A stretch of DNA of 64,000 nt, from positions 256,001 to 320,000 of the forward strand of contig OZ243041.1 of NCBI GenBank assembly GCA_965212055.1, written 5' to 3'. The position numbers and the translations under genes were made by a program. The notes beneath the pieces are model-generated. The model was given only the letters and a program-made list of their open reading frames with translations, ran no database searches and was not told the DNA's origin. Origin of the DNA: Fidelibacterota bacterium. Lineage in GTDB: Bacteria > Fidelibacterota > Marinisomatia > Marinisomatales > Marinisomataceae. Positions 55,214-64,000 of the stretch are shown here, in pieces (the stretch's first letter is position 1; every line of letters begins with the position of its first letter).

Positions 55214-55214
55214 T

Positions 55215-55787
55215 ATGCTTAATAAAGTTATAGCATTATCTTTAATTTTTCTTGTTAGTTGTAGTACTGGTAATACATTTGTTACAGTTGATTATTCCAA
55301 TAATGCAAACCTTGAAATTATGGAACAAGAATTCTTCAAAAGTTCAGGTTCAGGGAAGTTAATAGCAAAAGGACAATCAAACTTTGTTTCTCGTTTTGAT
55401 TTTATATCTACAAAAAACTCTTCATCAATTCTTTTCAAAGATTTTCTTGGTCGGAAACAGTTTCTTGTTGAAATAATCAATCAAGATATACGATATATTG
55501 ATATGAAAAAAAGACAGGACATTGATATAGAAAATTTTAGTAATTTTTTTCCTATCGCAACAAAAATTGATGCTAATACTTATAAAAAACTAATGTGGGG
55601 TATACCAGATACTTTTAAAGATATGGATGTTGCCGTAAAAAAGAAATTTATGATCTCAACTAGACTTAATACACTTGATGGTAGGAATTTAATTAATGAA
55701 TTGATATTTTCTTTTAATAATAATAAGCAAGAGTATAAACTGATTTTTTTGGATAGACAATTTTTTGAAGAAAATACTAAATTATAA
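55215..55787 (+). CDS. Putative lipoprotein (LolB/DUF4292-like by position and pattern)
   Basis: Lipobox LVSC, beta-rich sequence with KDFLG and LMWG; follows the TPR lipoprotein. Confidence 0.5.
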   Translation: MLNKVIALSLIFLVSCSTGNTFVTVDYSNNANLEIMEQEFFKSSGSGKLIAKGQSNFVSRFDFISTKNSSSILFKDFLGRKQFLVEIINQDIRYIDMKKRQDIDIENFSNFFPIATKIDANTYKKLMWGIPDTFKDMDVAVKKKFMISTRLNTLDGRNLINELIFSFNNNKQEYKLIFLDRQFFEENTKL

Positions 55788-56711
55788 ATGAAACTTTCTG
55801 TAATAATCCCTGTTTATAACGAATGTGAATCAATTGCTGATTTTGTTCAAGAGCTATTAGATATATATAAGAATGATTCTAGTGTAGAAGTTATTTTTGT
55901 GAATGATGGTTCAACAGATAATACCTTATCAATTCTTGAAAGAGATATAAATAATATTTCAGGATGGAAGATTATTAATTTATATAGAAATTATGGTAAA
56001 TCAATTGCTCTTCAAGCTGGTTTTGATATAGCGCAAGGTTCGATTGTTGCAACAATCGATGGAGATCTGCAGGATAATCCAAGAGAAATAAAAAATCTTA
56101 TTAATCATTTAAACAAAGGTCATGATCTTGTCTGTGGATGGAAAAAGAGTAGAAAAGATTCTCTAGAAAAAAGATTAGCATCTTCTGTCTTTAATTTTTT
56201 TGTAAGACTATTTAGCGGATTAAAAATTCATGACTCAAATTGTGGAATAAAGGTTTTCCGAAAAGAAGTTGTTGGATCACTAAATCTTTATGGAGGTCGT
56301 CATAGATATATACCTCTTCTGGCTCACCAGAAGAATTTTTCCACTTCTGAATTAGTAGTGGATCATAGAGAAAGAAAATTTGGTGTATCAAAATATGGTA
56401 AAAAACGTTACTCAGAGGGATTCTTTGATTTTTTAACAATTCTTTTTTTAGGGAAATATATGGATCGTCCACTTCATTTCTTTGGTGCTATGGGGTTGTT
56501 TTTTGCTGTTGCTGGCATTGTTGTCGAATGTTATGTTTTGTATCTGAAATATTTTCTTTTTGAACCTTTTCAAAAACATATTGCTCTACTCATTTTTGGA
56601 GCAATATTAATTATTGCAGGATTACAACTTTTTACTTTTGGACTGTTAGGAGAATTGATTGTTAACAAAAAACAAAAAGTACAAAAATATATTAAAGAAA
56701 TAATCGAGTAG
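55788..56711 (+). CDS. GT2 polyprenol-phosphate glycosyltransferase (ArnC/GtrB/CsbB-like)
   Basis: IIPVYNE, VNDGSTD, RNYGKS, DGDLQD and RPLHFFG motifs; two C-terminal TMs. Confidence 0.9.
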   Translation: MKLSVIIPVYNECESIADFVQELLDIYKNDSSVEVIFVNDGSTDNTLSILERDINNISGWKIINLYRNYGKSIALQAGFDIAQGSIVATIDGDLQDNPREIKNLINHLNKGHDLVCGWKKSRKDSLEKRLASSVFNFFVRLFSGLKIHDSNCGIKVFRKEVVGSLNLYGGRHRYIPLLAHQKNFSTSELVVDHRERKFGVSKYGKKRYSEGFFDFLTILFLGKYMDRPLHFFGAMGLFFAVAGIVVECYVLYLKYFLFEPFQKHIALLIFGAILIIAGLQLFTFGLLGELIVNKKQKVQKYIKEIIE

Positions 56712-56716
56712 ATTAG

Positions 56717-57817
56717 TTGAAGATTGTTACCATTGGTCCATTTCCACCATTAAGAGGTGGTATTTCTGATTTTCATTATGCTCTTTTTAAACAGTTATCA
56801 AAAAATAATGATGTTAGCGTAATAAATTTCAAAAAACTCTATCCAAATATTCTTTTTCCTGGAAAAACCCAATACCAAGATAAAAAAGTTAATAATGATA
56901 ATGTTTATAGTGTAATTAATCCAATTAATATATTTACATGGTTTCGTGGTAAAAAAATAATAAAAAAAATCAATCCTGATAAAGTTATCATCTCTTATTG
57001 GCATTTTTTCTTCATTCCGGTTTATTTGTATCTACTTAAGCGCATAAAGAAAGGAAATCGATATATTTTATTTCACAATGTTATTTCTCATCAGAATAAA
57101 CCTTATGAGAGATATTTATTAAAATTATTGTTAAAACGTGTTGATTATTGCATAGTGATGAATAGTTTTTCAAGAAATCAAATTATTAATCTCAATAAAG
57201 ACAAAGAAATTATTGATGCCTTTCATCCATTGTATCGTGTAGATAGTAGATCTTATACAAAAGATACTGCTAAAGAAGCACTAAAAATTTCTAATAAGAA
57301 TGTTATTTTATTTTTTGGATTGATTAGAGACTATAAAGGACTCGATTTACTTATTAATTCAGTGAAATACTTAAACAATCGTATTTCTGATTTAAAAGTT
57401 CTTGTAGTAGGAGAAAATTATGAATCGATGTCAAAATATTATGATTTAATAGATAAAGCCAATTTGAAAGATAAATTTTTATTTGATCTACAATTTGTAG
57501 GAGAACATGATACTATAAAATATTTTATATCTTCTGATATCGTTGTTCTTCCTTATAAAACAGCCTCACAAAGCGGTATCATATCTCTTGCTTATAATTT
57601 TAATCGTCCTGTTGTTGTTACAGATGTTGGCGGTTTGAAAGAATATGTAGTTGAAAATAAGACTGGTTTTATTGTCAATCCCGATGAAAAGGATTTATCA
57701 GACAAGATTAACTATTTTTTTGAGAATAAATTATTCGAAGAAATGAGTTTGTTTATCAAGAATTATAAAGAAAAATTTTCATGGAAGAATTTTGAAGAAA
57801 AAATAAATGGAAGATAA
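56717..57817 (+). CDS. GT4 glycosyltransferase
   Basis: GPFPPLRGGI, FFGLIRDYKG, PYKTASQSG and TDVGGL motifs; TTG start. Confidence 0.9.
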   Translation: MKIVTIGPFPPLRGGISDFHYALFKQLSKNNDVSVINFKKLYPNILFPGKTQYQDKKVNNDNVYSVINPINIFTWFRGKKIIKKINPDKVIISYWHFFFIPVYLYLLKRIKKGNRYILFHNVISHQNKPYERYLLKLLLKRVDYCIVMNSFSRNQIINLNKDKEIIDAFHPLYRVDSRSYTKDTAKEALKISNKNVILFFGLIRDYKGLDLLINSVKYLNNRISDLKVLVVGENYESMSKYYDLIDKANLKDKFLFDLQFVGEHDTIKYFISSDIVVLPYKTASQSGIISLAYNFNRPVVVTDVGGLKEYVVENKTGFIVNPDEKDLSDKINYFFENKLFEEMSLFIKNYKEKFSWKNFEEKINGR

Positions 57818-58652
57818 TATCTATCCAAAAGTACATGTTATTGTTCTTAATTGGAATAATAAGGAATTAACTGAACAGTGTTTACTATCGATTCAACGAA
57901 TTGATTATCCTAATTATGAAATTTTGATTGTTGATAATAATTCTTCTGATGGTTCTGTTGAACTTTTCAAGAATCATTTTCCAGATGTTAAATTATTATC
58001 TCTAGACAAAAATTTGAAGTATGCTGGAGGAAATAATGCCGCTATTGACTACCTCTCATTCAATGAGGATGATTTCTTTCTTTTTTTAAATAATGATACC
58101 CTTGTTAGTAGAGATTTTCTTCATCATTTAATTAATCCTTTCTTAAATGATTCTGACTGTATCATCTCTGTACCAAAGATTTTATTTTCTAAAGATACCA
58201 ATAGAGTATGGTATGCTGGAGGTCTAGTCAGTTTTTGGAAGGGAATCATTAATCATATTGGAATAAGAGAATTGGACGGTCCAAGATATTCTTTTCCAAT
58301 GGAAACAATGTATGCTACTGGATGTTGCTTATGTATAAAAGCATCTGATTTTGAGAAATTAAATCGTTTTGATAATGCCTTTACCATGTACTGTGAAGAT
58401 GTTGATTTAAGTGTGAGAGCTAAACAAGGAAATAATAAGATTATATATTCTCCGGAATCAATTATACTACATAGTGTTTCTCAATCATTGGGGGATAATT
58501 CTTTTGAAAAAATAAGAATGAAATTATTAAATCAAATCAGGTTATTTTGGAAACATGCATCAGGCATACAATTAATTACGATAACTTTGTATTGGATATT
58601 TTTTTATTTGCCAGGCGGGTTCTTGAAGTGGATATATTTTAAATTAAGATAG
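57807..58652 (+). CDS. GT2 glycosyltransferase (rhamnosyltransferase-like)
   Basis: VLNWN, VDNNSSDG, FLNNDT, TGCCL and YCEDVDLS motifs. Confidence 0.9.
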   Translation: MEDNIYPKVHVIVLNWNNKELTEQCLLSIQRIDYPNYEILIVDNNSSDGSVELFKNHFPDVKLLSLDKNLKYAGGNNAAIDYLSFNEDDFFLFLNNDTLVSRDFLHHLINPFLNDSDCIISVPKILFSKDTNRVWYAGGLVSFWKGIINHIGIRELDGPRYSFPMETMYATGCCLCIKASDFEKLNRFDNAFTMYCEDVDLSVRAKQGNNKIIYSPESIILHSVSQSLGDNSFEKIRMKLLNQIRLFWKHASGIQLITITLYWIFFYLPGGFLKWIYFKLR

Positions 58653-58654
58653 TT

Positions 58655-60199
58655 ATGAGTAATAATGTTATAGGAAGAAAGGTAGCTAAAGAAGCATCTA
58701 TATCATTTGGTGGTATGGGGATGGGTTCTTTATTCCGTTATTTATTCTCAATAATGATGGCTAGATGGCTTGGACCTCAAATGTTGGGTATTTATTCTCT
58801 TGGAAATGCTGTTACTCGTATTGGAGAAATTTTTGGTATTATGGGTCTTGATAATGGAGTCCTTCGTTATGTGAGTCGAGAAAAAGAAAAAAATGATAAA
58901 GTAAATAATAGTATTTACTCATCTATTAAGATGGGATTTGTATCTAGCATTATTATTGGAGTGTTAGTTTATTTTTGTTCTGATTGGATTGTATTCACTT
59001 TATTCAATGAAGATAAATTTTTATCTACGGTTATCAAAGTCTATGCTCTTACACTACCTTTTACAGTAACAACTTTGATTGCTTCCTTTGCTACTCAAGG
59101 ATTTAAAATATTAAAGTATAAGGTTTTTGTTAATCAGATTATTAATCCATTTACATTATTGCTTACCATGATACTTTCCTATCTATATTTTGGACCAGAA
59201 ATTGCGATTTTAGCCCCTACAGTTGTTTCTGCTATAATTGGTTTCTTTTTGATCTTATTTTACTTGAAGAGGTTTGTTGATATCAGTGTTAAAAAAGTTA
59301 TTAATGCTAAAATTGATACTAAAATTTTGAGATTTTCTCTTCCTTTAATGTTTGTTTCTGCAATTGGTATTATTATGCATTGGACTGACATAATTATGCT
59401 TGGAATCTTGAAGGATGCTGAGAATGTTGGTCTATATCATCCCGTAGAACGTACCGCTGGGTTAATAAGAATGATTTTATTTGCGTTCGCAAGTATTTTT
59501 GCACCACTTTTTTCTCAATACTTTCATGAAGGGAATCAGAAGAAAATGGTGGAAGTATTTCAGTTGTCCACCAAATGGATTTTATTAACAAGCTTGCCTT
59601 TATTTATATTCTTAATTTTGTTTTCAAATACAATATTGATGCTTTTTGGATCTGAATTTCTTTTTGGATCTGAATTTGGTTATAATGCGCTTGCTCTACC
59701 AATATTAACAGTAGGAATTATGATTCAAGCTGTTTTTGGATTAGGATCTCCATCCCTTACAATGAGTGGGTTTCAAAAATATAATCTTATTAATGCTTTA
59801 GTCGCACTTTTTACAAACATTTTCTTAAATATCATGTTGATTGAAAAGTTTGGTATTGCTGGAGCAGCAATGGGAACAACCATTGCTCTTTTCTTAATTA
59901 GTTTATTAAGATTCTTTGAAAATTATTCTTTGTTGAAACTGAATTTGTTATCAACAAAATTGCTTAAACCAGTCGGTGCTGGAATATTAACAACGATTAT
60001 TGTTTGTTTTTTAAAACCATATATGTTTGAATCAGGCTATTTTGATTACCATTCTTCTATATTACATCTCATAATTTATCTTTTGTTGGGAGCACTCTTT
60101 ATCCTATTAGTCTATGTGATATTAATATGGATATTTAGATTAGATGATGAGGACAAAGATATAGTACAGGTCATCACCAATAGGCTATTGAGTAAATAA
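58655..60199 (+). CDS. Wzx/MOP-family polysaccharide flippase
   Basis: About 14 TMs; ARWLGPQMLGIY, DIIMLG..VGLY and FGIAGAAMGT motifs. Confidence 0.88.
   Translation: MSNNVIGRKVAKEASISFGGMGMGSLFRYLFSIMMARWLGPQMLGIYSLGNAVTRIGEIFGIMGLDNGVLRYVSREKEKNDKVNNSIYSSIKMGFVSSIIIGVLVYFCSDWIVFTLFNEDKFLSTVIKVYALTLPFTVTTLIASFATQGFKILKYKVFVNQIINPFTLLLTMILSYLYFGPEIAILAPTVVSAIIGFFLILFYLKRFVDISVKKVINAKIDTKILRFSLPLMFVSAIGIIMHWTDIIMLGILKDAENVGLYHPVERTAGLIRMILFAFASIFAPLFSQYFHEGNQKKMVEVFQLSTKWILLTSLPLFIFLILFSNTILMLFGSEFLFGSEFGYNALALPILTVGIMIQAVFGLGSPSLTMSGFQKYNLINALVALFTNIFLNIMLIEKFGIAGAAMGTTIALFLISLLRFFENYSLLKLNLLSTKLLKPVGAGILTTIIVCFLKPYMFESGYFDYHSSILHLIIYLLLGALFILLVYVILIWIFRLDDEDKDIVQVITNRLLSK
59642..59677 (+). 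repeat. Perfect in-frame 18-bp tandem duplication in the flippase
   Basis: CTTTTTGGATCTGAATTT twice, encoding LFGSEF-LFGSEF. Confidence 0.9.
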
Positions 60200-62271
60200 T
60201 GAATAAATATCTTTTACTATTCTTTTATTTCTTAGCAGTGGCAATATTATTTTATCCTGTTATTTTTCAAAACAACACTTTCGGTTCTGGAGATACACTC
60301 AATCCATATGCTATTAATCATATACTAGATATATATAAAGATAAAATAGGGCAGTGGCCTTTATGGCAGCCTTGGATCTTTTCTGGAATGCCAACGGTTG
60401 AAGCTTTTACTTATATCAATCAGTTATATATTCCAACCACCATTTTAACTTGGTTAGGATTTTCTGACAATGGCATCCAATTTATTCATCTAATTTTTTC
60501 TGCGATGGGTATGTATTTATTAATGAAGCAATTTAAAATGAATTCGTTGATATCTTTTTCAATTAGTCTACTATGGATGCTAAATCCATTTTTAATAACT
60601 ATGATTGTCTTTGGGCATGGTAGCCAAATGATGACAGTAGCCTATATTCCTTGGATTATTTATGCGATAAACAATTTATATCGCAATACATCCTTAAGGA
60701 ATGCATTGATTCTTGCGTTATTGATTGGTTTGCAGCTTCAAAGAGGTCATATTCAGATAGCCTATTATTCTTGGATGTTGTTTGGTGCTTATTTTTTATA
60801 TCATGATTGTTATTATATCAAGAATAAGGTTATAAACTATAAATATGTCATTTCCTTTGTTGTTGCGTGCATAATTGGTTTTCTTTTATCCTCACATATA
60901 TATTATCCATCATTAGAATACACATCTGAATCGATTAGATCTGGAGGAATGTTAGGTTATGATTATGCAACAAATTGGTCAATGCATCCTAAAGAATTGA
61001 TAACCTATCTTTTTCCTTATTATTATGGGTTTGGAGGCGAGAATTATTCTGGATTTATGCCATTTACTGATTATCCAAACTATGTTGGATTTTTTGTTCT
61101 ACTATTTGCGTTATTATCGTTTTTGAATCTTGATAATCGAAGAATATTTTTTGGATCAATTTTAATTTTATCTATCCTGCTTTCATTTGGGAAATATTTT
61201 AGTATCATATTTGACCTGTTTTATAATTTTTTCCCATTTTTTGACAAGTTTCGTGTCCCAAGCATGATTTTGATTATAAGTAATTTCTGTCTCTATGTAT
61301 TAGCAGGATTTGGTTTAATGGATATGGTCAAACGATTGAATCTAAAAGACATCAAGGCAAAATATCTTATTCTTACATTTTTGGCTATTTCTGTTTTAGA
61401 TATTTATAGAATTGATAAGAATATTATTCATCCTGATAAGAATTCAGGGCAAAAATCACAATTAATTTCTAATAAAAAGTTTGATTCTTTTTTCGTTGAA
61501 GATGAATTGATTGATTTTTTAAAAAATGATTCCGATTTATACAGAGTATATCCTGTGGGTCGTCTTTTTCAAGATCCAAAACTAAAGTTCTATGGAATCG
61601 AATCTGTTGGAGGTTATCATCCTGCAAAGTTTAGGCACTATAATGATTTATTAAACAAGTCTGATAATCTATCTTATTTTCCATTTTTACAATTTTTAAA
61701 TGTCAAATATATGTTAAGTCCAAATGAATTGAGAGAATATGATCAATTAAAATTAGTGAATACAGTTCCTTATAGATCTGCTGTGGGGAATATGGATTTA
61801 AAAATTTATGAAATTAAAAATAATCTTGATAGAGCTTGGTTTGTTAATAAGATTGTTAAAGAAGATTTATATGAATATTTAAAAAATAATCCATTTTATC
61901 CAGAAGACACTGCTATTGTAAAAGAATTGGATTCACAGAAATTTACAAAAGGAAAGGTTTTGAATATTGATTGGGATATCCATGAATTAACCATTGATGT
62001 TGAAACAACTGATAAATCATTTTTAGTGGTAAGTGAAATTTATTATCCACAGAGGTGGAAGCTTACTATTGATAATAAGCCATCTAAAACTTTCCAAGTG
62101 AATAATGTTTTAAGAGGCGTAATAGTTGATGCTGGTAAGCATCAAATTCAATTCAAATATGAATCAAAAAGTTTTAAATATTTACATATCTTATCCAATA
62201 GTATTGTGATATTAATACTTTTTTTATTAGCAGTACCATTCGCAATGCGCTTGTTAAAAAAGAATAGCTAA
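60199..62271 (+). CDS. YfhO-family (GT-C fold) membrane protein
   Basis: PLWQPWIFSGMP, NYVG, DKFRVPS, GGYHPAK and SEIYYPQRW..NNVLRGV..GKHQI motifs; multi-TM. Confidence 0.85.
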   Translation: MNKYLLLFFYFLAVAILFYPVIFQNNTFGSGDTLNPYAINHILDIYKDKIGQWPLWQPWIFSGMPTVEAFTYINQLYIPTTILTWLGFSDNGIQFIHLIFSAMGMYLLMKQFKMNSLISFSISLLWMLNPFLITMIVFGHGSQMMTVAYIPWIIYAINNLYRNTSLRNALILALLIGLQLQRGHIQIAYYSWMLFGAYFLYHDCYYIKNKVINYKYVISFVVACIIGFLLSSHIYYPSLEYTSESIRSGGMLGYDYATNWSMHPKELITYLFPYYYGFGGENYSGFMPFTDYPNYVGFFVLLFALLSFLNLDNRRIFFGSILILSILLSFGKYFSIIFDLFYNFFPFFDKFRVPSMILIISNFCLYVLAGFGLMDMVKRLNLKDIKAKYLILTFLAISVLDIYRIDKNIIHPDKNSGQKSQLISNKKFDSFFVEDELIDFLKNDSDLYRVYPVGRLFQDPKLKFYGIESVGGYHPAKFRHYNDLLNKSDNLSYFPFLQFLNVKYMLSPNELREYDQLKLVNTVPYRSAVGNMDLKIYEIKNNLDRAWFVNKIVKEDLYEYLKNNPFYPEDTAIVKELDSQKFTKGKVLNIDWDIHELTIDVETTDKSFLVVSEIYYPQRWKLTIDNKPSKTFQVNNVLRGVIVDAGKHQIQFKYESKSFKYLHILSNSIVILILFLLAVPFAMRLLKKNS

Positions 62272-62285
62272 ACTAACTTTGCTGT

Positions 62286-62615
62286 ATGTTAATAAATAAA
62301 CTAATAATTCAGGAATCACAGACGACATTTTTTGATGCTTTGTTGCAACAATTACCATTTTTTCTGATATTTTTTGTTATTTGGTATTTTATGTTAAGAC
62401 CTAATATGAAAAAGAAAGAAAATTTGCAGCAAATGCAATCAAATCTTAAGAAAGGAGATAGAGTAATTACTATTGGCGGAATTCACGGAAAAGTAATTCA
62501 AGTTAAAAATAACAAAGTAGTCTTAAGGGTATCAAATAATAGCGAAATTACTGTTGATACTGTTGCTATAAGCCAATTATCTAATCTGAATAAGAAAGAA
62601 TCAGATGGCAGTTAA
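62286..62615 (+). CDS. yajC: Preprotein translocase subunit YajC
   Basis: YFMLRP and LKKGDRVITIGGIHGKV motifs. Confidence 0.94.
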   Translation: MLINKLIIQESQTTFFDALLQQLPFFLIFFVIWYFMLRPNMKKKENLQQMQSNLKKGDRVITIGGIHGKVIQVKNNKVVLRVSNNSEITVDTVAISQLSNLNKKESDGS

Positions 62616-63126
62616 AAAAGTGGTAACATATGGTCACCCTGTCTTAAGAAAGGTGTCTTCTGATATAACTGATTTTTCAAATATTGATTCTTTAATCCAA
62701 GATTTATTTGATACAATGTATGAATTTGATGGTATAGGGCTAGCATCAAACCAAATTGGAATTGACAAAAGAATATTTGTTGTCGATATATCACATATGG
62801 AAGAATCTGATGAAGAATCTGACAAACCTTTGGTATTTATTAATGGGAGAGTTGATAATACTGTTGGTTCTGATGTTGATTCAGAAGGCTGCTTATCTCT
62901 TCCAGAAATAAGAATTAATGTTGAAAGGTATGAGTCAATTAGGTACAAATATCTTGATAGAGATTTAAACAAACATTCAACAAATTTTTCTGGTCTATTA
63001 GCAAGAATAATTCAACATGAGAATGATCATCTAGACGGGAAATTAATTACCGATTATGCCACTCCTGCTGATTTGCTTAAGCATGGTAAAGCTCTTGAAC
63101 TGATGAGGGCAGAAAACACCAAATAA
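62605..63126 (+). CDS. def: Peptide deformylase
   Basis: GIGLASNQIG, EGCLS and QHENDHLDG motifs. Confidence 0.96.
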   Translation: MAVKKVVTYGHPVLRKVSSDITDFSNIDSLIQDLFDTMYEFDGIGLASNQIGIDKRIFVVDISHMEESDEESDKPLVFINGRVDNTVGSDVDSEGCLSLPEIRINVERYESIRYKYLDRDLNKHSTNFSGLLARIIQHENDHLDGKLITDYATPADLLKHGKALELMRAENTK

Positions 63127-63130
63127 CTTT

Positions 63131-64000
63131 ATGAAAATAATTTTTTTCGGAAACACAGAGTTTTCAAATCCTACACTTGAAAAATGTAACGCTTCCTTTG
63201 ATATAGTTTCTGTTGTGACAAATTCCTCAAAGAAAATGGGTAGAGGAAGACATTTTTCAGATACTCCAGTAAAGATATTAGCTGATAGATTAAAAATTAA
63301 TGTAATACAGGTTGAGAATTTGGAAGACAAAGATTTTGTTCAAGAATTAAAAGATTTAAAACCTGATTTATTTATTGTAGTTGCTTATAAGATATTACCA
63401 AAGTTGTTATTGAGTATTCCAACGATGGGAGCAATTAATTTACACTCTTCTCTATTGCCAAAATATAGAGGAGCTGCACCAATCCAGAGATCAATTCTTA
63501 ATCACGATAAAATTACTGGAATTTCAACCTTTCTTATAGAGCCTAAAGTTGATACTGGAAGAATATTGATGCAAAAAGAATGTCAGATTTCAGATAATGA
63601 TAATTATGGAAGTCTATCATCAAAATTAAGCAATATAGGAGCACAACTTATTGTCGAATCTATTGAAAAATATTCTAGAGGAGATATTTCTCCAATCACA
63701 CAAGATGAAAAATTTGTTACTTTAGCTCCAAAAATTAAGAAAGAAGAACATATTATTGATTGGAACCAAGATGTGGCTATAATTGATGCTCAGATTAAAG
63801 CATTCAGTCCATATCCTGGAGCTTATACTATGATTGATGGAAAAAGACTGAAAATATTTGAGGCAAAAATGACAAAAGGGATAAATTATAAAGAAGTTGG
63901 AAAAATAATTAATTTATCTAAAACTTGTTTTGAAGTTACATGTCTTTCAGGTTCATTAAAAGTTTACGAAGTTCAAATAGAAGGAAAAAGAAGAATGTCT
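63131..64000 (+). CDS. fmt: Methionyl-tRNA formyltransferase, 3'-partial
   Basis: Not in the ORF track because it runs off the window end. MKIIFFGNTEFS, VVAYKIL, INLHSSLLPKYRGAAPIQR, VDTG and FSPYPGA. Confidence 0.93.
   Translation, partial: MKIIFFGNTEFSNPTLEKCNASFDIVSVVTNSSKKMGRGRHFSDTPVKILADRLKINVIQVENLEDKDFVQELKDLKPDLFIVVAYKILPKLLLSIPTMGAINLHSSLLPKYRGAAPIQRSILNHDKITGISTFLIEPKVDTGRILMQKECQISDNDNYGSLSSKLSNIGAQLIVESIEKYSRGDISPITQDEKFVTLAPKIKKEEHIIDWNQDVAIIDAQIKAFSPYPGAYTMIDGKRLKIFEAKMTKGINYKEVGKIINLSKTCFEVTCLSGSLKVYEVQIEGKRRMS

Overview
AT-rich, densely packed bacterial chromosome segment, most likely Marinimicrobia/Marinisomatota (SAR406). The 16S gene contains TAAACTGGCGAACGGGTG, the target of the SAR406-97 FISH probe as I recall it, and gene order is FCB-like. 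Left to right: a partial SAM methyltransferase and a YwaF/TMEM164-type membrane protein; glpX and class I fba; a heavily scrambled MORN-repeat lipoprotein relic with two small membrane ORFs; thiN, Fe-sodB, tpx, a USP and a DASS transporter; a 14-gene alternative complex III (actABCDEFG) plus A2-type caa3 oxidase and heme A/Cu assembly cluster; rpe-tkt-rpiB; a TetR regulator with a clear operator heading fadE-fadA-fadN; tig and nupC; a complete 16S-tRNAIle-tRNAAla-23S-5S operon; then about 23.5 kb of tightly packed + strand genes (tsaEB, accD, guaA, glmS, LpoA-like, pgeF, uppP, putP-like, holA, ECF sigma/anti-sigma, TPR lipoprotein, a glycosyltransferase-flippase-YfhO locus, yajC, def, partial fmt). 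Single-base frameshifts in A-runs split actB and holA and look like sequencing errors. No CRISPR, IS, integrase or prophage was seen. Best leads for undescribed biology: the YfhO/GT-C glycosylation locus in a diderm, the methyltransferase plus TMEM164-like pair, the scrambled MORN locus, and the unlipidated LpoA-like protein. All family calls come from motif recognition by eye; no searches were run.
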